From Gemmatimonadota bacterium (lineage in GTDB: Bacteria > Gemmatimonadota > Gemmatimonadetes > Palauibacterales > KS3-K002), in assembly GCA_039586795.1 (NCBI GenBank), contig JBDHJS010000032.1, positions 1 to 64,000 of the forward strand: 64,000 nt of DNA, in the 5' to 3' direction. The translations under genes and the position numbers were made by a program. Each line of letters opens with the position of its first letter. The first letter of the stretch is position 1. Positions 28,756 through 38,806 of this stretch are shown one piece after another. Under the pieces are notes generated by a model that ran no database searches, was not told the DNA's origin, and was given only the letters and a program-made list of their open reading frames with translations.

Positions 28756-29343
28756 ATGGAGCTGAAACGCGACGAAGCCCTCGCGCTGATGCACGAATAC
28801 ACCCAGAATGAGAACCTGCGGCGCCACATGTACGCCGTCGAGGCGGCGATGCGCGCTTACGCCAGCAAGTTCGGCGAGGACGAAGAGCTGTGGGGCATCA
28901 CGGGCCTGCTGCACGATTTCGACTACGAGCGCTGGCCGAATGACGACCGCAAGCCGGACGACGAGCACCCCAGCAACGGCGTCCGGATCATGAGGGAAGC
29001 CGGCTATCCCGAGGTCATGCTGGAGGCTATTCTCGGGCATTGCGATTACACCGGCGTAGCCCGCGAGACCCTCATGGCGAAGACGTTGTTCGCTGTCGAC
29101 GAGCTCACGGGGTTTCTCACCGCCTGCGCATTGGTTCGCCCCACCGGACTTGCCGGTCTCAAGGTGAAGTCCGTGAAGAAGAAGCTGAAGGATCCGAGCT
29201 TTGCGCGCGGTGTGGACCGTGAGGACTTGCAGAAGGGCGCAGAGGGCTTGGGAGTCGATTTTTCCGAGCACGTGCAGCTGGTGATCGATGCGATGGGCGA
29301 AATCCAGGGCGAACTAGGCCTCGCCGGCGACGAAAACGGTTAG
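28756..29343 (+). CDS. HD/HDIG-domain metal-dependent phosphohydrolase
   Basis: RRHM, LLHDFD and DELTG motifs; AGGAG RBS. Confidence 0.9.
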   Translation: MELKRDEALALMHEYTQNENLRRHMYAVEAAMRAYASKFGEDEELWGITGLLHDFDYERWPNDDRKPDDEHPSNGVRIMREAGYPEVMLEAILGHCDYTGVARETLMAKTLFAVDELTGFLTACALVRPTGLAGLKVKSVKKKLKDPSFARGVDREDLQKGAEGLGVDFSEHVQLVIDAMGEIQGELGLAGDENG

Positions 29344-29361
29344 AAGAAGGCCGTGTGAAAG

Positions 29362-30747
29362 ATGAGTATCAGGACGATCATTGAACCCTTCAGGATCAAA
29401 GCGGTCGAGCCGATCCGAATGACGACCCGCGAGGAGCGCGAGGCGAAGATTCGTGCTGCGCACTACAACGTGTTTCTCCTGAGGGCAGAAGACGTTCTTA
29501 TCGACCTGTTGACCGACAGCGGCACCGGGGCGATGAGTTCCAGCCAGTGGGCTGCGGTGATGCGTGGCGACGAGTCCTATGCGGGCAGTCCGTCGTACTA
29601 CCGTTTCGAAGAAGCGGTTCGTCGCTGCTTTCCATTCGAGCACATCATACCGACGCATCAAGGGCGAGCCGCGGAACGCATCCTCTTCAACGTGACATGT
29701 GGGCCCGGGCAGATCGTCCCTAACAACACGCATTTTGATACGACGCGTGCCAACGTCGAGTATAGGGGTGCGGTCGCGTTGGACCTCCCGTGCGTCGAAT
29801 CGCGTGAAGTGGCGGAAGCGCATCCGTTCAAGGGTAACATGGATGTGGACGCCCTAAAGGACCTGCTCGAGAAAGAAGGTCCCGCGAAGATCCCACTTGT
29901 CATGCTGACCATCACGAACAATTCGGGCGGCGGCCAGCCGGTATCTATGGCGAACGTGAAAGCCGTGTCCGAAGTCTGCCGCTCTTTCGGGATACCGCTT
30001 TATATCGACGCTTGCCGCTTCGCCGAGAACGCCTACTTCATTAAACTCCGTGAAGACGGTTATGCCGATCGATCGGTCGCCGAGATCGCCCACGAACTGA
30101 TGTCACAGGCGGATGGCTGCACGATGTCGGCGAAAAAGGATGGTCTGGCCAATATCGGTGGATTCCTGGCGACCAACGACGCGGAATTGGCGAGACAAGA
30201 GAAGGATTTGCTCATTCTTACGGAAGGGTACCCGACGTACGGGGGGCTGGCCGGCCGGGACCTGGACGCAATTGCCGTTGGGCTCGACGAGGTGGTGCAC
30301 GAAGATTACCTGCAGTACAGGATCGCGTCGACGGATTATCTTGGCAGGCATATCTCGGCGGAAGGTGTGCCAATCGTACAACCTCCCGGCGGACACGCGA
30401 TCTATGTCGATGCTGCTGCCTTCTTGCCCAATATCAAACCTCTCGAGTATCCGGGAATCGCACTGGCCGTGGAATTCTATGTCGAGGCGGGAATCCGCGG
30501 GGTGGAGATCGGTAGTCTGATGTTTGGGCACAAAGACCCGGAGACAGGTGCCAGCTTACCGGCGGACAAGGAGCTGCTGCGGTTGGCGATCCCGCGCCGC
30601 GTGTACACGCAGAGTCATGTCGATTATGCCGTGGAAGCGATTCTTGAGGTCTGGAAGCGGCGCGAAGAGATCAGCGGGTACAGGACGACCTACGAGGCGC
30701 CGTTCCTCAGACACTTCACGGCGCGGTTCGAGCCTCTAAACAAGTAG
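29362..30747 (+). CDS. tnaA: Tryptophanase (beta-eliminating lyase)
   Basis: DLLTDSGT and MSAKKD PLP lysine; C-terminal LRHFTARF has His, as in tryptophanase, where tyrosine phenol-lyase has Phe. Confidence 0.88.
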   Translation: MSIRTIIEPFRIKAVEPIRMTTREEREAKIRAAHYNVFLLRAEDVLIDLLTDSGTGAMSSSQWAAVMRGDESYAGSPSYYRFEEAVRRCFPFEHIIPTHQGRAAERILFNVTCGPGQIVPNNTHFDTTRANVEYRGAVALDLPCVESREVAEAHPFKGNMDVDALKDLLEKEGPAKIPLVMLTITNNSGGGQPVSMANVKAVSEVCRSFGIPLYIDACRFAENAYFIKLREDGYADRSVAEIAHELMSQADGCTMSAKKDGLANIGGFLATNDAELARQEKDLLILTEGYPTYGGLAGRDLDAIAVGLDEVVHEDYLQYRIASTDYLGRHISAEGVPIVQPPGGHAIYVDAAAFLPNIKPLEYPGIALAVEFYVEAGIRGVEIGSLMFGHKDPETGASLPADKELLRLAIPRRVYTQSHVDYAVEAILEVWKRREEISGYRTTYEAPFLRHFTARFEPLNK

Positions 30748-30776
30748 CGGACGCTCTTCGCTAGAGAGGATATTCT

Positions 30777-30911
30777 GTGAACACATCAGCGATCGTAGCC
30801 ATGACGCTCACGTGCGGTTTCGTATGGGGCGGATTCCTGGTGCTCCTCGGCTATGCGATTCATCGCGAGAAAGAGAAGAGAGCGAACGATCTGAAAACCA
30901 CCAGCAACTAG
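30777..30911 (+). CDS. 44-aa MetS-like NSS transporter small subunit (absent from the ORF track)
   Basis: AGAGAGGA RBS, GTG start; MNTSAIVAMTLTCGFVWGGFLVLLGYAIHREKEKRANDLKTTSN* with a single TM helix and WGG motif. Confidence 0.8.
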   Translation: MNTSAIVAMTLTCGFVWGGFLVLLGYAIHREKEKRANDLKTTSN

Positions 30912-30923
30912 AGAGGTGATATC

Positions 30924-31814
30924 ATGGCCGACCCGATTATCCCGCGCGAGTTTCGAAACATGCAACGTCCGACGCTAGGCAAAGCGCTGATGCTGGTTCC
31001 GGCAGCGGCCGTCATGTTGGTTGCCGTTACGTTGCCATTCTCGTGCACCACCGTTACCGACTACGAAGTCGCGGTTCTCAAGAACCCCATCACCGGCAAC
31101 GTTGCGGATCAGTCGAACGGGCAGGGCTTGTACTTCGCGGCGCCGGCCTTCTTCTGGAAGCAGTACTCGAAGTACGACACGCGCGAGATTCAGTGGCCGA
31201 GTGGTTCTCAGAGCGAGAAAGCGGAGGCGCTGACCGCTGACCAGCTGACGATCAGCATCGATGCTTCCTATCGCTACCGCGTTTTGCCCGATAAGGTCGT
31301 CGATCTCTTCCTGGTGGTAGGCGATATGCGGGCCGTGAACAATTACGTCTACACCTCTTACCGCACCGCGCTGCGTGACGCCATCGCCGAGCTAACCGGC
31401 ACACAGATCCTGTCGACCGAGCGTCTTGGGATTGCGGCGCGGGTGGAGGAGCTGATGGACGAGGAGCTCGGTCCTAAGGGAATCCAGGTTGTGCGGTTCT
31501 TCGTGCGCGAGATCCAACCGCCGGCGACCGTCCGGCAAGCGATCGAGCTCAAGCTGCAGCGCGAGCAAGAGGTACAGTCGCAGAAGTTCCAGACTGAGAT
31601 CGTGATGGAGCAGGCCGAACAGAAGCGGCAGGAAGCCTTGGGCATCCGCGACGCGCAGCAAATCATCGGCGCAAGCCTGACTTCGGAGTACCTGTCGTAC
31701 TACTACATGCAAACGCTCCAGATAGTGGGCCAGGACGAAGGTACCGTCATCATTGCACCGACGGAGGGCGGCAATCTTCTGTTCGACGTACCGACATCAC
31801 GGCGGAATCAGTAG
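30924..31814 (+). CDS. SPFH/prohibitin-family membrane protein
   Basis: N-terminal TM helix, band-7 domain, AIELK...EQAE coiled coil. Confidence 0.88.
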   Translation: MADPIIPREFRNMQRPTLGKALMLVPAAAVMLVAVTLPFSCTTVTDYEVAVLKNPITGNVADQSNGQGLYFAAPAFFWKQYSKYDTREIQWPSGSQSEKAEALTADQLTISIDASYRYRVLPDKVVDLFLVVGDMRAVNNYVYTSYRTALRDAIAELTGTQILSTERLGIAARVEELMDEELGPKGIQVVRFFVREIQPPATVRQAIELKLQREQEVQSQKFQTEIVMEQAEQKRQEALGIRDAQQIIGASLTSEYLSYYYMQTLQIVGQDEGTVIIAPTEGGNLLFDVPTSRRNQ

Positions 31815-31829
31815 CTGATCAGATGCTTG

Positions 31830-31874
31830 CGTTCCGGGCGCCCCGGCGTGAAGATGTACTGGGGCGCCCGAACG
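31830..31874 (+). terminator. GC-rich intergenic hairpin
   Basis: CGTTCCGGGCGCCCC...GGGGCGCCCGAACG; poor U-tract. Confidence 0.5.
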
Positions 31875-31893
31875 GATTTCAGGAGGTTCTGGC

Positions 31894-32562
31894 ATGATTA
31901 CGCGGCTCACACCAAACCGGTTTGTGGTGGCGACCGCGGCGGTCGTAACGCTCTTGTCCTGCAGGCCCGTGCAGGAAGAGCCCGCCTACGATATTGCTCC
32001 AGTACTGATCAATCGCGATGAGATTACGCGCGCCATGCGATCGGTGGGCGCCGGCGTCGAAGCTCAGGTGATCCTGCTGGTTCGGGTGGACGAGCTGGGC
32101 TACGTGCAGGACGTCCGCGTTTCTCAGGGCTCGGGGAGTATCGATCTGGACAATGCGGCGGTGTGGATCGGCGAGCAGATGCGCTTCGAGCCGGCCCGTT
32201 ACAACGGCGAGCCTGTGCCAGCGTTGGTGAGCGTGCCCGTGACGTTCGACCTGGTTGAACGAGTCAGCTATCCGCCGCGGCTGCGCAACGCGGATGTAGT
32301 AGCAAGAATGATCGTCAACGAGTACGGTGACGTACGCGGTCGTTGCAGTCTCCGTGTTCATGTCGGCCCAGAAGGGTGGATCAGGCAGACTCGCGCTCCA
32401 GCGGCGACGAACGACGAGGCGCGGTCCGCAGCACAGAGACTGATCGATGAAGTAACGTTTTGGCCCGGTTACCGAGGCGATTCGCCGATCGCGGGTTGGG
32501 TAACGGTGGTCTTCGAGTTTGCGGGCCCCAACTCCCGCATCTTCATCGAGTCTTCCGGTTAG
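31894..32562 (+). CDS. Lipoprotein with two TonB C-terminal domains
   Basis: Lipobox LLSC; VDELGYV...SG..LDNAA...FEPARYNGEPV and a second copy FWPGYRGDSPI. Confidence 0.8.
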   Translation: MITRLTPNRFVVATAAVVTLLSCRPVQEEPAYDIAPVLINRDEITRAMRSVGAGVEAQVILLVRVDELGYVQDVRVSQGSGSIDLDNAAVWIGEQMRFEPARYNGEPVPALVSVPVTFDLVERVSYPPRLRNADVVARMIVNEYGDVRGRCSLRVHVGPEGWIRQTRAPAATNDEARSAAQRLIDEVTFWPGYRGDSPIAGWVTVVFEFAGPNSRIFIESSG

Positions 32563-32563
32563 A

Positions 32564-33685
32564 TCACTCCGACACGGTATCGGGTGCAGCGGTCGGCTTG
32601 CTCAGCGGCGGCCTGATCGTTGGCGCGTACCCGGCCAGGAAATCCATCGCGCGCTCCTCAGCCCAGTACGACGGTCGCCAGGGTAGCGGGCCGGCCACGA
32701 ACCCCGCGTGGCCACCACGGGGCGTGAATTCCGCGTGAAGCCATTCCGACCTATCCACTATCTTCCGCGGCAGACTCGATTCAGGGATGAAGGGATCATC
32801 GACGGCGCTGATCAGCAGCGTTGGTCGACGTATCTGATCCAGATAATGTTGGGAACTGGATTTCTGCCAGTAGTCCACCGCGTCCTCGAACCCATGGAGG
32901 GGCGCCGTCGCGACATCGTCGTACTGGCGCCAGGTTCGAGCTCGTTCAATAGCCTCAGCGTCTAGCGTTCCGGGAAACTGCTCCGCTTTTGCCAGAACCT
33001 TCGGCTTCAGTGTCTTGAGGAAGAATCGGGTATAGAGACGACCAAGGCCGCGTGACATCTTCTGAGCTGACGCCTCCAGATCGTAGGGGACGGATATCGC
33101 GACGGCGGCCCGTAGCTCATCCACCGCGCGCGTTCCCTCTTCTCCGAGCCATTTGAGGAGAACGTTCCCGCCTAGCGAGACACCGACCGGGAGTATGGGC
33201 GCGCCCGGGTCACGTTTGGCCAGTTCGCTGATGACCCAGCCGAGGTCGCTCGTCTCGCCTGAATGGTACAGCCGTTGCGCCCGGTTGAGCTGGCCGCTAC
33301 AGCCTCGGAAATTCATGGCGACGCCACGCCACCCCAGCTCCAATGCCCGCGCTAGCAGCCCGCGCACGTATCTTCGCTCGGAGGAGCCCTCGAGGCCGTG
33401 AATGACGAGGAGCTGTGGCGATGCGACCGGGCCGTCCGCGAAATCGAGGTCCAGGAAGTCCCCGTCTGGGGTGGTCCAACGGGCCCGCGTCGTCGGCACC
33501 TCGATCTGGGGCCGCAGCAATCGGTTCCAGATTGTCTGCAGATGAGCCCCTCTGATCCACCAGCCCGGCTGGAAGGGGTGCAAATCCCGGCGCCGGGCTT
33601 CGTCTGTCGCCTGTTCGCTCAGCTCTGTAGGGCCGTCACGAGTATCCAAATCGGCATCCGGTGCGGGCCGCCGGTTATGCGGCAC
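32564..33685 (-). CDS. YheT-family alpha/beta hydrolase (start uncertain)
   Basis: HLQT, HGLEGS, GVSLGG, DDPF and GGHAGF motifs. Confidence 0.9.
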   Translation of the reverse strand: MPHNRRPAPDADLDTRDGPTELSEQATDEARRRDLHPFQPGWWIRGAHLQTIWNRLLRPQIEVPTTRARWTTPDGDFLDLDFADGPVASPQLLVIHGLEGSSERRYVRGLLARALELGWRGVAMNFRGCSGQLNRAQRLYHSGETSDLGWVISELAKRDPGAPILPVGVSLGGNVLLKWLGEEGTRAVDELRAAVAISVPYDLEASAQKMSRGLGRLYTRFFLKTLKPKVLAKAEQFPGTLDAEAIERARTWRQYDDVATAPLHGFEDAVDYWQKSSSQHYLDQIRRPTLLISAVDDPFIPESSLPRKIVDRSEWLHAEFTPRGGHAGFVAGPLPWRPSYWAEERAMDFLAGYAPTIRPPLSKPTAAPDTVSE

Positions 33686-33939
33686 GGTGACGATGATGTT
33701 CGGTATGGAAACCCAGGCTCGGCGGCAGGGGAGGCTCCAAGCGGGTCTCCGGGCCCGCGGCGGTAAGGGGCCGCTGGCCCGGGAGTTGCGGCAATTCTCG
33801 TGTTTTCTGGAAGTTGCCGCGAACCTGAATATATTGTGGCCGGCTATCGGGTCGCGCCAGATCGGTGCGGCGAGCTCATTGACCGAACAGAACTCGGGAC
33901 TGATCACAAGGTCAGCCCAGCGGATAGAGCGTAACGGTG

Positions 33940-36900
33940 ATGAAGACGAAGGTGAGAGTCGAATCTGAATCGCCTCCGATTGGGGCGATCGTCGACGCCA
34001 TTCAAGCGAGCGCTGATCTCGGCCAGGGACCGGCGCTCAAGTCGTATGCAGAAGAGCTGCTCAGTCGAGCGGTCCCCGACTTCTTCGCCGATCGGCGCGA
34101 AGGCGAGGTCGAGGAGATCGTCACGTCGATGTTCGACATGCTCCAGCGCACGCCACCCGATGAACTGGGCGTGCGGGTATATCAGCGCCCGGACTACGGT
34201 CACTGGGGCAGCGTCGAAATGGTTGTAAGAGACCGGCCGTTCATCGTCGATACAGTGCGCCAGCTCCTGACCTCGAAGGGGTTCGAGATTCGCCACCAGT
34301 TGCACCCGGTCGTGGTCGTTGAGCGCGATAAAAGCGACGCGATCACCGATGTGCATGAGTGGAGGAGCGAAGGCGAGCGGACGTCGACGATGTACTGTGA
34401 GTTCGAAGGGCATCTGGATAAGGCGATAGTCGAGGCGCTGGAAGCGGAGATCCGGGCCTCCATGGAGGAGCTGCGGCTCGCCACCAGCGATTTCGAGGCG
34501 ATGCTGGAGAAGACGGAAGTTGTCATAGCAGCTCTCCACAGCGAAGCCGAGATCAATCCAAGTAGAGCTGCCGAGTTCGAGGAAGCTGTCGCGTTTCTCG
34601 AGTGGCTGAAGAACAACAACTTCGTTTATCTGGGCTACCGGGAGTACGATTTCACCCAGCAGGAGGATGGGCGTACCTCTGTAACAGTTAGCCGTGGATC
34701 GGGGCTCGGGATTCTTCGACGGGAATCGGATTCAGGGGTTTGGGAGCCGAGGCCCGTAGAGGATCTGCCGGCCGACCTCCGCGCTCGCGTGTTGCATGGT
34801 CCGTTGCTCGTCGTATCCAAGACGAACTCGGAGTCTCGCGTTCATCGTCGCGCCAGGATGGACTACGTGGGCCTGAAGAAGCACAACGAGCAGGGTGAGG
34901 TCGTCGGTGAGCGTCGCTTCCTTGGTCTGTTCACATGGCAGGCCTATTCGGAGCCTAAGGGCAGCATCCCGATCCTGAGGGAGAAGCTCCGCGATGTACT
35001 GGCTATGGCCAACGTGCCGGAGGGCGCTCACGACTACAAAATGATCCTCGCGCTGTTCAACGAGATGCCGCTCGAGGAACTCTTTCTGCTCAGTGCGGAG
35101 GACCTGAGTCGACAGATATCCGCGGCGATGGCCACGGAGGGAACCGGTGACGTGCGTGTCGTCCTTACGCCGGAAGCGTTGGGCAGGGGCGTGAACGTGA
35201 TGGTGATTCTCCCGAAGCGAAACTACACCGACGAAGTAAGGGGCCGTCTTCGCACGGAGTTGTCGCGGGCCATGGGCGGAACCATTCTCGATGACCATCT
35301 GGCGATCGGCGCCAGCGACGCGGCGCGACTCCATTTCTACATTTCGGCGCCGCCGGAGCGTGTCGATTCCGCCGACGTCGATTCGCTGCGAGCGTTGGCC
35401 GGCTCCATCGTTCGAACCTGGAAGCAGCGCCTCGCCGACGCACTAGATGAGCGATATGAGGCTGAAGCCGCTCACCGACTGCAGCGAGCCTACTTCGACT
35501 CCTTCTCACCCGCGTATGTCGCCACAGTGGATGTCCAGACTGCGGTCGAGGACATCGCCCGGCTCGACGCGCTGCAGCAAAGCGGAGTGATGCAGGTTGC
35601 ACTCGAGGACCACCAGAATGGCGGCCTGGAGGCCACCTCGCTGCGACTGTTCGTCAAACGTGGCTCGATGATCCTGGCCGACGCCATGCCGGTGCTAGAA
35701 AACCTGGGGTTAAGAGTTATCGAGGCCGACGCCATGGATGTCGGGTCCGAAGAAAGTGCGGCCACCATTCACAAGTTCGTGGTTCAGGGGCCGGACTCCA
35801 GGCGTCTCGATCGCGCAGCGATCGGTGAACGTATGACCGCTACCCTGTGCGCGATCGCCACGATGCGGACCGACAACGACCAATTCAACGAACTGGTCAT
35901 AACGGGAGGTCTGTCCTGGCAAGAGGTCTCGGTACTGCGTGCGTACTCGGCTTACGCGTTTCAGGTGGGTGCGGTGACCAGTCGTCGTGCGGCCCCTGAC
36001 GCGCTCGCAAACCACCCGGAGTGTGCTCGGCAGCTGATCGACGTATTCCGCACCAAGTTTGACCCGGGCCTGGAAGGCGATCGCGCTGTTGAGCTCGAAT
36101 CGTGTGTTGGTCGGTTTCGTGAATGCTTGCAGGCTGTCGACTCGATACTCGACGACCTGACGCTGCAGCGCCTGCAAAACCTGATCGACGCTACGGTCAG
36201 AACGAGTTACTTCCGCAACATCGGGCGTGACCTCAAGTGGCCACGGACCACCTTCAAGTTCGACTGTGCGGCTATTCAGCAAATGCCAGATCCACGCCCG
36301 GCTCGTGAGATGTTCGTTCACGGCCCACGTACGTCGGGCCTGCATCTCCGTTTCGGTCCTGTGGCGCGCGGTGGTCTGCGATGGAGCGAGCGGCCGGACG
36401 ATTTCCGCACCGAGGTCCTCGGTCTGGTGAAGACGCAGCAGGTAAAGAACACGGTGATCGTGCCGAGTGGAGCGAAGGGCGCCTTCTACGTGCGAAAGCC
36501 ACCGGCGGATCGGTCGCAGATGGAAAGGGCGGTGCGCCAGTCGTACGAAGGGTTCATCGGCGGCCTGCTCGACGTTACGGACAACGTGGTGAAGGGCAAA
36601 GTCGTACATCCACCCGACACCGTCATCTATGATGATGAGGACCCGTACCTCGTCGTGGCAGCCGACAAGGGGACGGCCCGTTACTCGGACGTCGCCAATG
36701 GCATCGCCGGCGACAACGAGTTCTGGCTGGGCGATGCGTTCGCTTCGGGCGGTTCCCAGGGCTACGACCACAAGAAGGAGAAGATCACCGCGCGGGGGGC
36801 GTGGGAGTGCGTCCGTCACCACTTCCGCGAAATGGGTATTGATCCCAACGTCGATACTGTAACCGTCGTCGGTATAGGTGATATGAGCGGCGACGTGTTC

Positions 36901-38802
36901 GGGAACGGGATGCTGCTCAGCCGGACGATCAAACTGCTCGCCGCCTTCGACCACCGGCACATCTTCATCGACCCCGACCCCGATGTCGAGAAATCGTATG
37001 CGGAAAGGGAGCGGCTCTTTCAGCTGCCCAGCTCCAGTTGGGAAGACTACGATCGCTCCCTCCTCAGTCCGGGCGGTGGCATCTTCTCGCGCGGTGCGAA
37101 GGAGATACGCCTGTCGGACGAGGCGCGCCAGCTATTCGACATAGACGAACCTGTGGTGAACGGTCAGACGCTCATCAAAGCAATTCTCCGAGCACCGGCC
37201 GACCTGCTATGGAATGGAGGGATCGGCACCTATGTCAAAGCTCCCGACGAGAGGGATGCTGACGTGGGTGACTCGGGCAACGACGCCGTCCGTATCGACT
37301 CCAGCGAACTCCGAGTCAAGGTGGTCGGGGAGGGCGGGAACCTGGGTCTGACCCAGCCCGCGCGGATCGAGTACGGATTGGATGGTGGTCACGTCAACAC
37401 CGACGCCATCGACAATTCGGGTGGTGTTGATATGTCGGACCGCGAAGTCAATCTGAAGATCCTTTTGCAGCGACTGATGACGCGCAACCAGCTGACCGAA
37501 GATCAACGAAACGACCTGTTGGTCGAAGTGAAGGGCGATGTTGCCGAGAGGGTTCTGGCCAACAACAGATCGCAGGCGCGCGCACTCAGCCTGGAGCAGC
37601 TACGGGCACGCGAGCGCTTAGCAGATTTTAGAGATGCGTCGTATTTCTTGGAGGAGAACGCAGGTCTACGCCGTGCCCTCGAGTACATCCCAGGTTGGGG
37701 CCGCTTGCAGACGCGTAAAGAGGCGGGCAAGTCACTCACACGTCCGGAGCTCGCGGTCCTGCTCGCCTATAGCAAGATGAACCTGAAGCGGGAGGTCATC
37801 GCGTCGAGCTTGCCCGATGACCCGGCACTGCTGCGTTGTCTGCATCGCTACTTCCCGGCCGAGATCGCCGGGCGCGTGACAGAAGATGACCTGAAGACGC
37901 ATCGGCTGGCTCGAGAGATCATCGCGACCGTGCTGACGAACAGGTTCATCGACCTGATGGGCAGCACGTTCATTCCGCGCGTCTCCCGTGACACCGGGGC
38001 GTCGCCGGCTGCCGTGGCGCGTGGCTGGTACGTCGCCGCGGAGATCATGGGCGCGACTGAACTTCTCGAGCGTATCGAGCAGGCCAGAGATCGGTTGCCG
38101 GCTGAGCAGGAATACCGCTGGTTGCTGGCGCTGGATGGTGTACTCGATCGAACGGTCCGCTGGGCAGTTGAGAACCTACCCGAGGACGTGGAAGTCGGTG
38201 GGGTCATCGAGAAGTTCCAGCGGCCAGTCGCCGAGCTGTGCGACATTCTGCCGTCGATCGTTCAGGGCTCCCAGCAGGCGGCGTTCGAGGAGACGCTGGC
38301 GGAGCTAAAGAGCGGAGGCGTCTCGGAGGAGGTCGCGATCCGGGTGGCGGCGCTCCAGTTCCTTGAGGATCTCATGGAAGTGGTTCGAATCTCCACGGAT
38401 GTGAAGCGTTCCGTCGCCGATGTCGGCCGCGTCTACTTCGCGCTCGCCGATGAGATCGATTTCGCGCTGTTGCTCGAACTACTGAAGATGACACCTGGCG
38501 AAGACGAATGGGAACAAAGAGCGGCTCAGGGACTGATTCAGGATCTCGGTCAGGCGCGGCGCAACCTGACGCTAGCGGTGATAAGAAAGAGCCGCAAAGG
38601 CGCCACTGTAGACGAGCAAGTCAATGAGCTTCGAACCGCGCATGGCCCGCGTTTGGCAGTGATGCGCGAGTCGCTGGAGGAGCTTCTGACATCTGAGAAT
38701 ATCAACCTGGCTGCGTTGACAGTGGCCACGAGGGAAACGGTTCGCCAGTCGCTGCTGATACTGGAGGGTCGCGGTAAGCTGACGACCAGCAACGGGAGAT
38801 GA
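33940..38802 (+). CDS. gdhB: Large NAD-specific glutamate dehydrogenase
   Basis: VARGGLRWS, VVAADKGTA, GDMSGDVFGNG and NTDAIDNSGGV motifs; about 1620 aa. Confidence 0.96.
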   Translation: MKTKVRVESESPPIGAIVDAIQASADLGQGPALKSYAEELLSRAVPDFFADRREGEVEEIVTSMFDMLQRTPPDELGVRVYQRPDYGHWGSVEMVVRDRPFIVDTVRQLLTSKGFEIRHQLHPVVVVERDKSDAITDVHEWRSEGERTSTMYCEFEGHLDKAIVEALEAEIRASMEELRLATSDFEAMLEKTEVVIAALHSEAEINPSRAAEFEEAVAFLEWLKNNNFVYLGYREYDFTQQEDGRTSVTVSRGSGLGILRRESDSGVWEPRPVEDLPADLRARVLHGPLLVVSKTNSESRVHRRARMDYVGLKKHNEQGEVVGERRFLGLFTWQAYSEPKGSIPILREKLRDVLAMANVPEGAHDYKMILALFNEMPLEELFLLSAEDLSRQISAAMATEGTGDVRVVLTPEALGRGVNVMVILPKRNYTDEVRGRLRTELSRAMGGTILDDHLAIGASDAARLHFYISAPPERVDSADVDSLRALAGSIVRTWKQRLADALDERYEAEAAHRLQRAYFDSFSPAYVATVDVQTAVEDIARLDALQQSGVMQVALEDHQNGGLEATSLRLFVKRGSMILADAMPVLENLGLRVIEADAMDVGSEESAATIHKFVVQGPDSRRLDRAAIGERMTATLCAIATMRTDNDQFNELVITGGLSWQEVSVLRAYSAYAFQVGAVTSRRAAPDALANHPECARQLIDVFRTKFDPGLEGDRAVELESCVGRFRECLQAVDSILDDLTLQRLQNLIDATVRTSYFRNIGRDLKWPRTTFKFDCAAIQQMPDPRPAREMFVHGPRTSGLHLRFGPVARGGLRWSERPDDFRTEVLGLVKTQQVKNTVIVPSGAKGAFYVRKPPADRSQMERAVRQSYEGFIGGLLDVTDNVVKGKVVHPPDTVIYDDEDPYLVVAADKGTARYSDVANGIAGDNEFWLGDAFASGGSQGYDHKKEKITARGAWECVRHHFREMGIDPNVDTVTVVGIGDMSGDVFGNGMLLSRTIKLLAAFDHRHIFIDPDPDVEKSYAERERLFQLPSSSWEDYDRSLLSPGGGIFSRGAKEIRLSDEARQLFDIDEPVVNGQTLIKAILRAPADLLWNGGIGTYVKAPDERDADVGDSGNDAVRIDSSELRVKVVGEGGNLGLTQPARIEYGLDGGHVNTDAIDNSGGVDMSDREVNLKILLQRLMTRNQLTEDQRNDLLVEVKGDVAERVLANNRSQARALSLEQLRARERLADFRDASYFLEENAGLRRALEYIPGWGRLQTRKEAGKSLTRPELAVLLAYSKMNLKREVIASSLPDDPALLRCLHRYFPAEIAGRVTEDDLKTHRLAREIIATVLTNRFIDLMGSTFIPRVSRDTGASPAAVARGWYVAAEIMGATELLERIEQARDRLPAEQEYRWLLALDGVLDRTVRWAVENLPEDVEVGGVIEKFQRPVAELCDILPSIVQGSQQAAFEETLAELKSGGVSEEVAIRVAALQFLEDLMEVVRISTDVKRSVADVGRVYFALADEIDFALLLELLKMTPGEDEWEQRAAQGLIQDLGQARRNLTLAVIRKSRKGATVDEQVNELRTAHGPRLAVMRESLEELLTSENINLAALTVATRETVRQSLLILEGRGKLTTSNGR

Positions 38803-38806
38803 GGAT

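Noticed and set aside
33700..33790. GC-rich hairpin with CCAGGCTCGG, reminiscent of an SAH riboswitch
   Set aside because: The upstream GAGGAGCGCTGC element is absent, and hairpins are expected at this GC content
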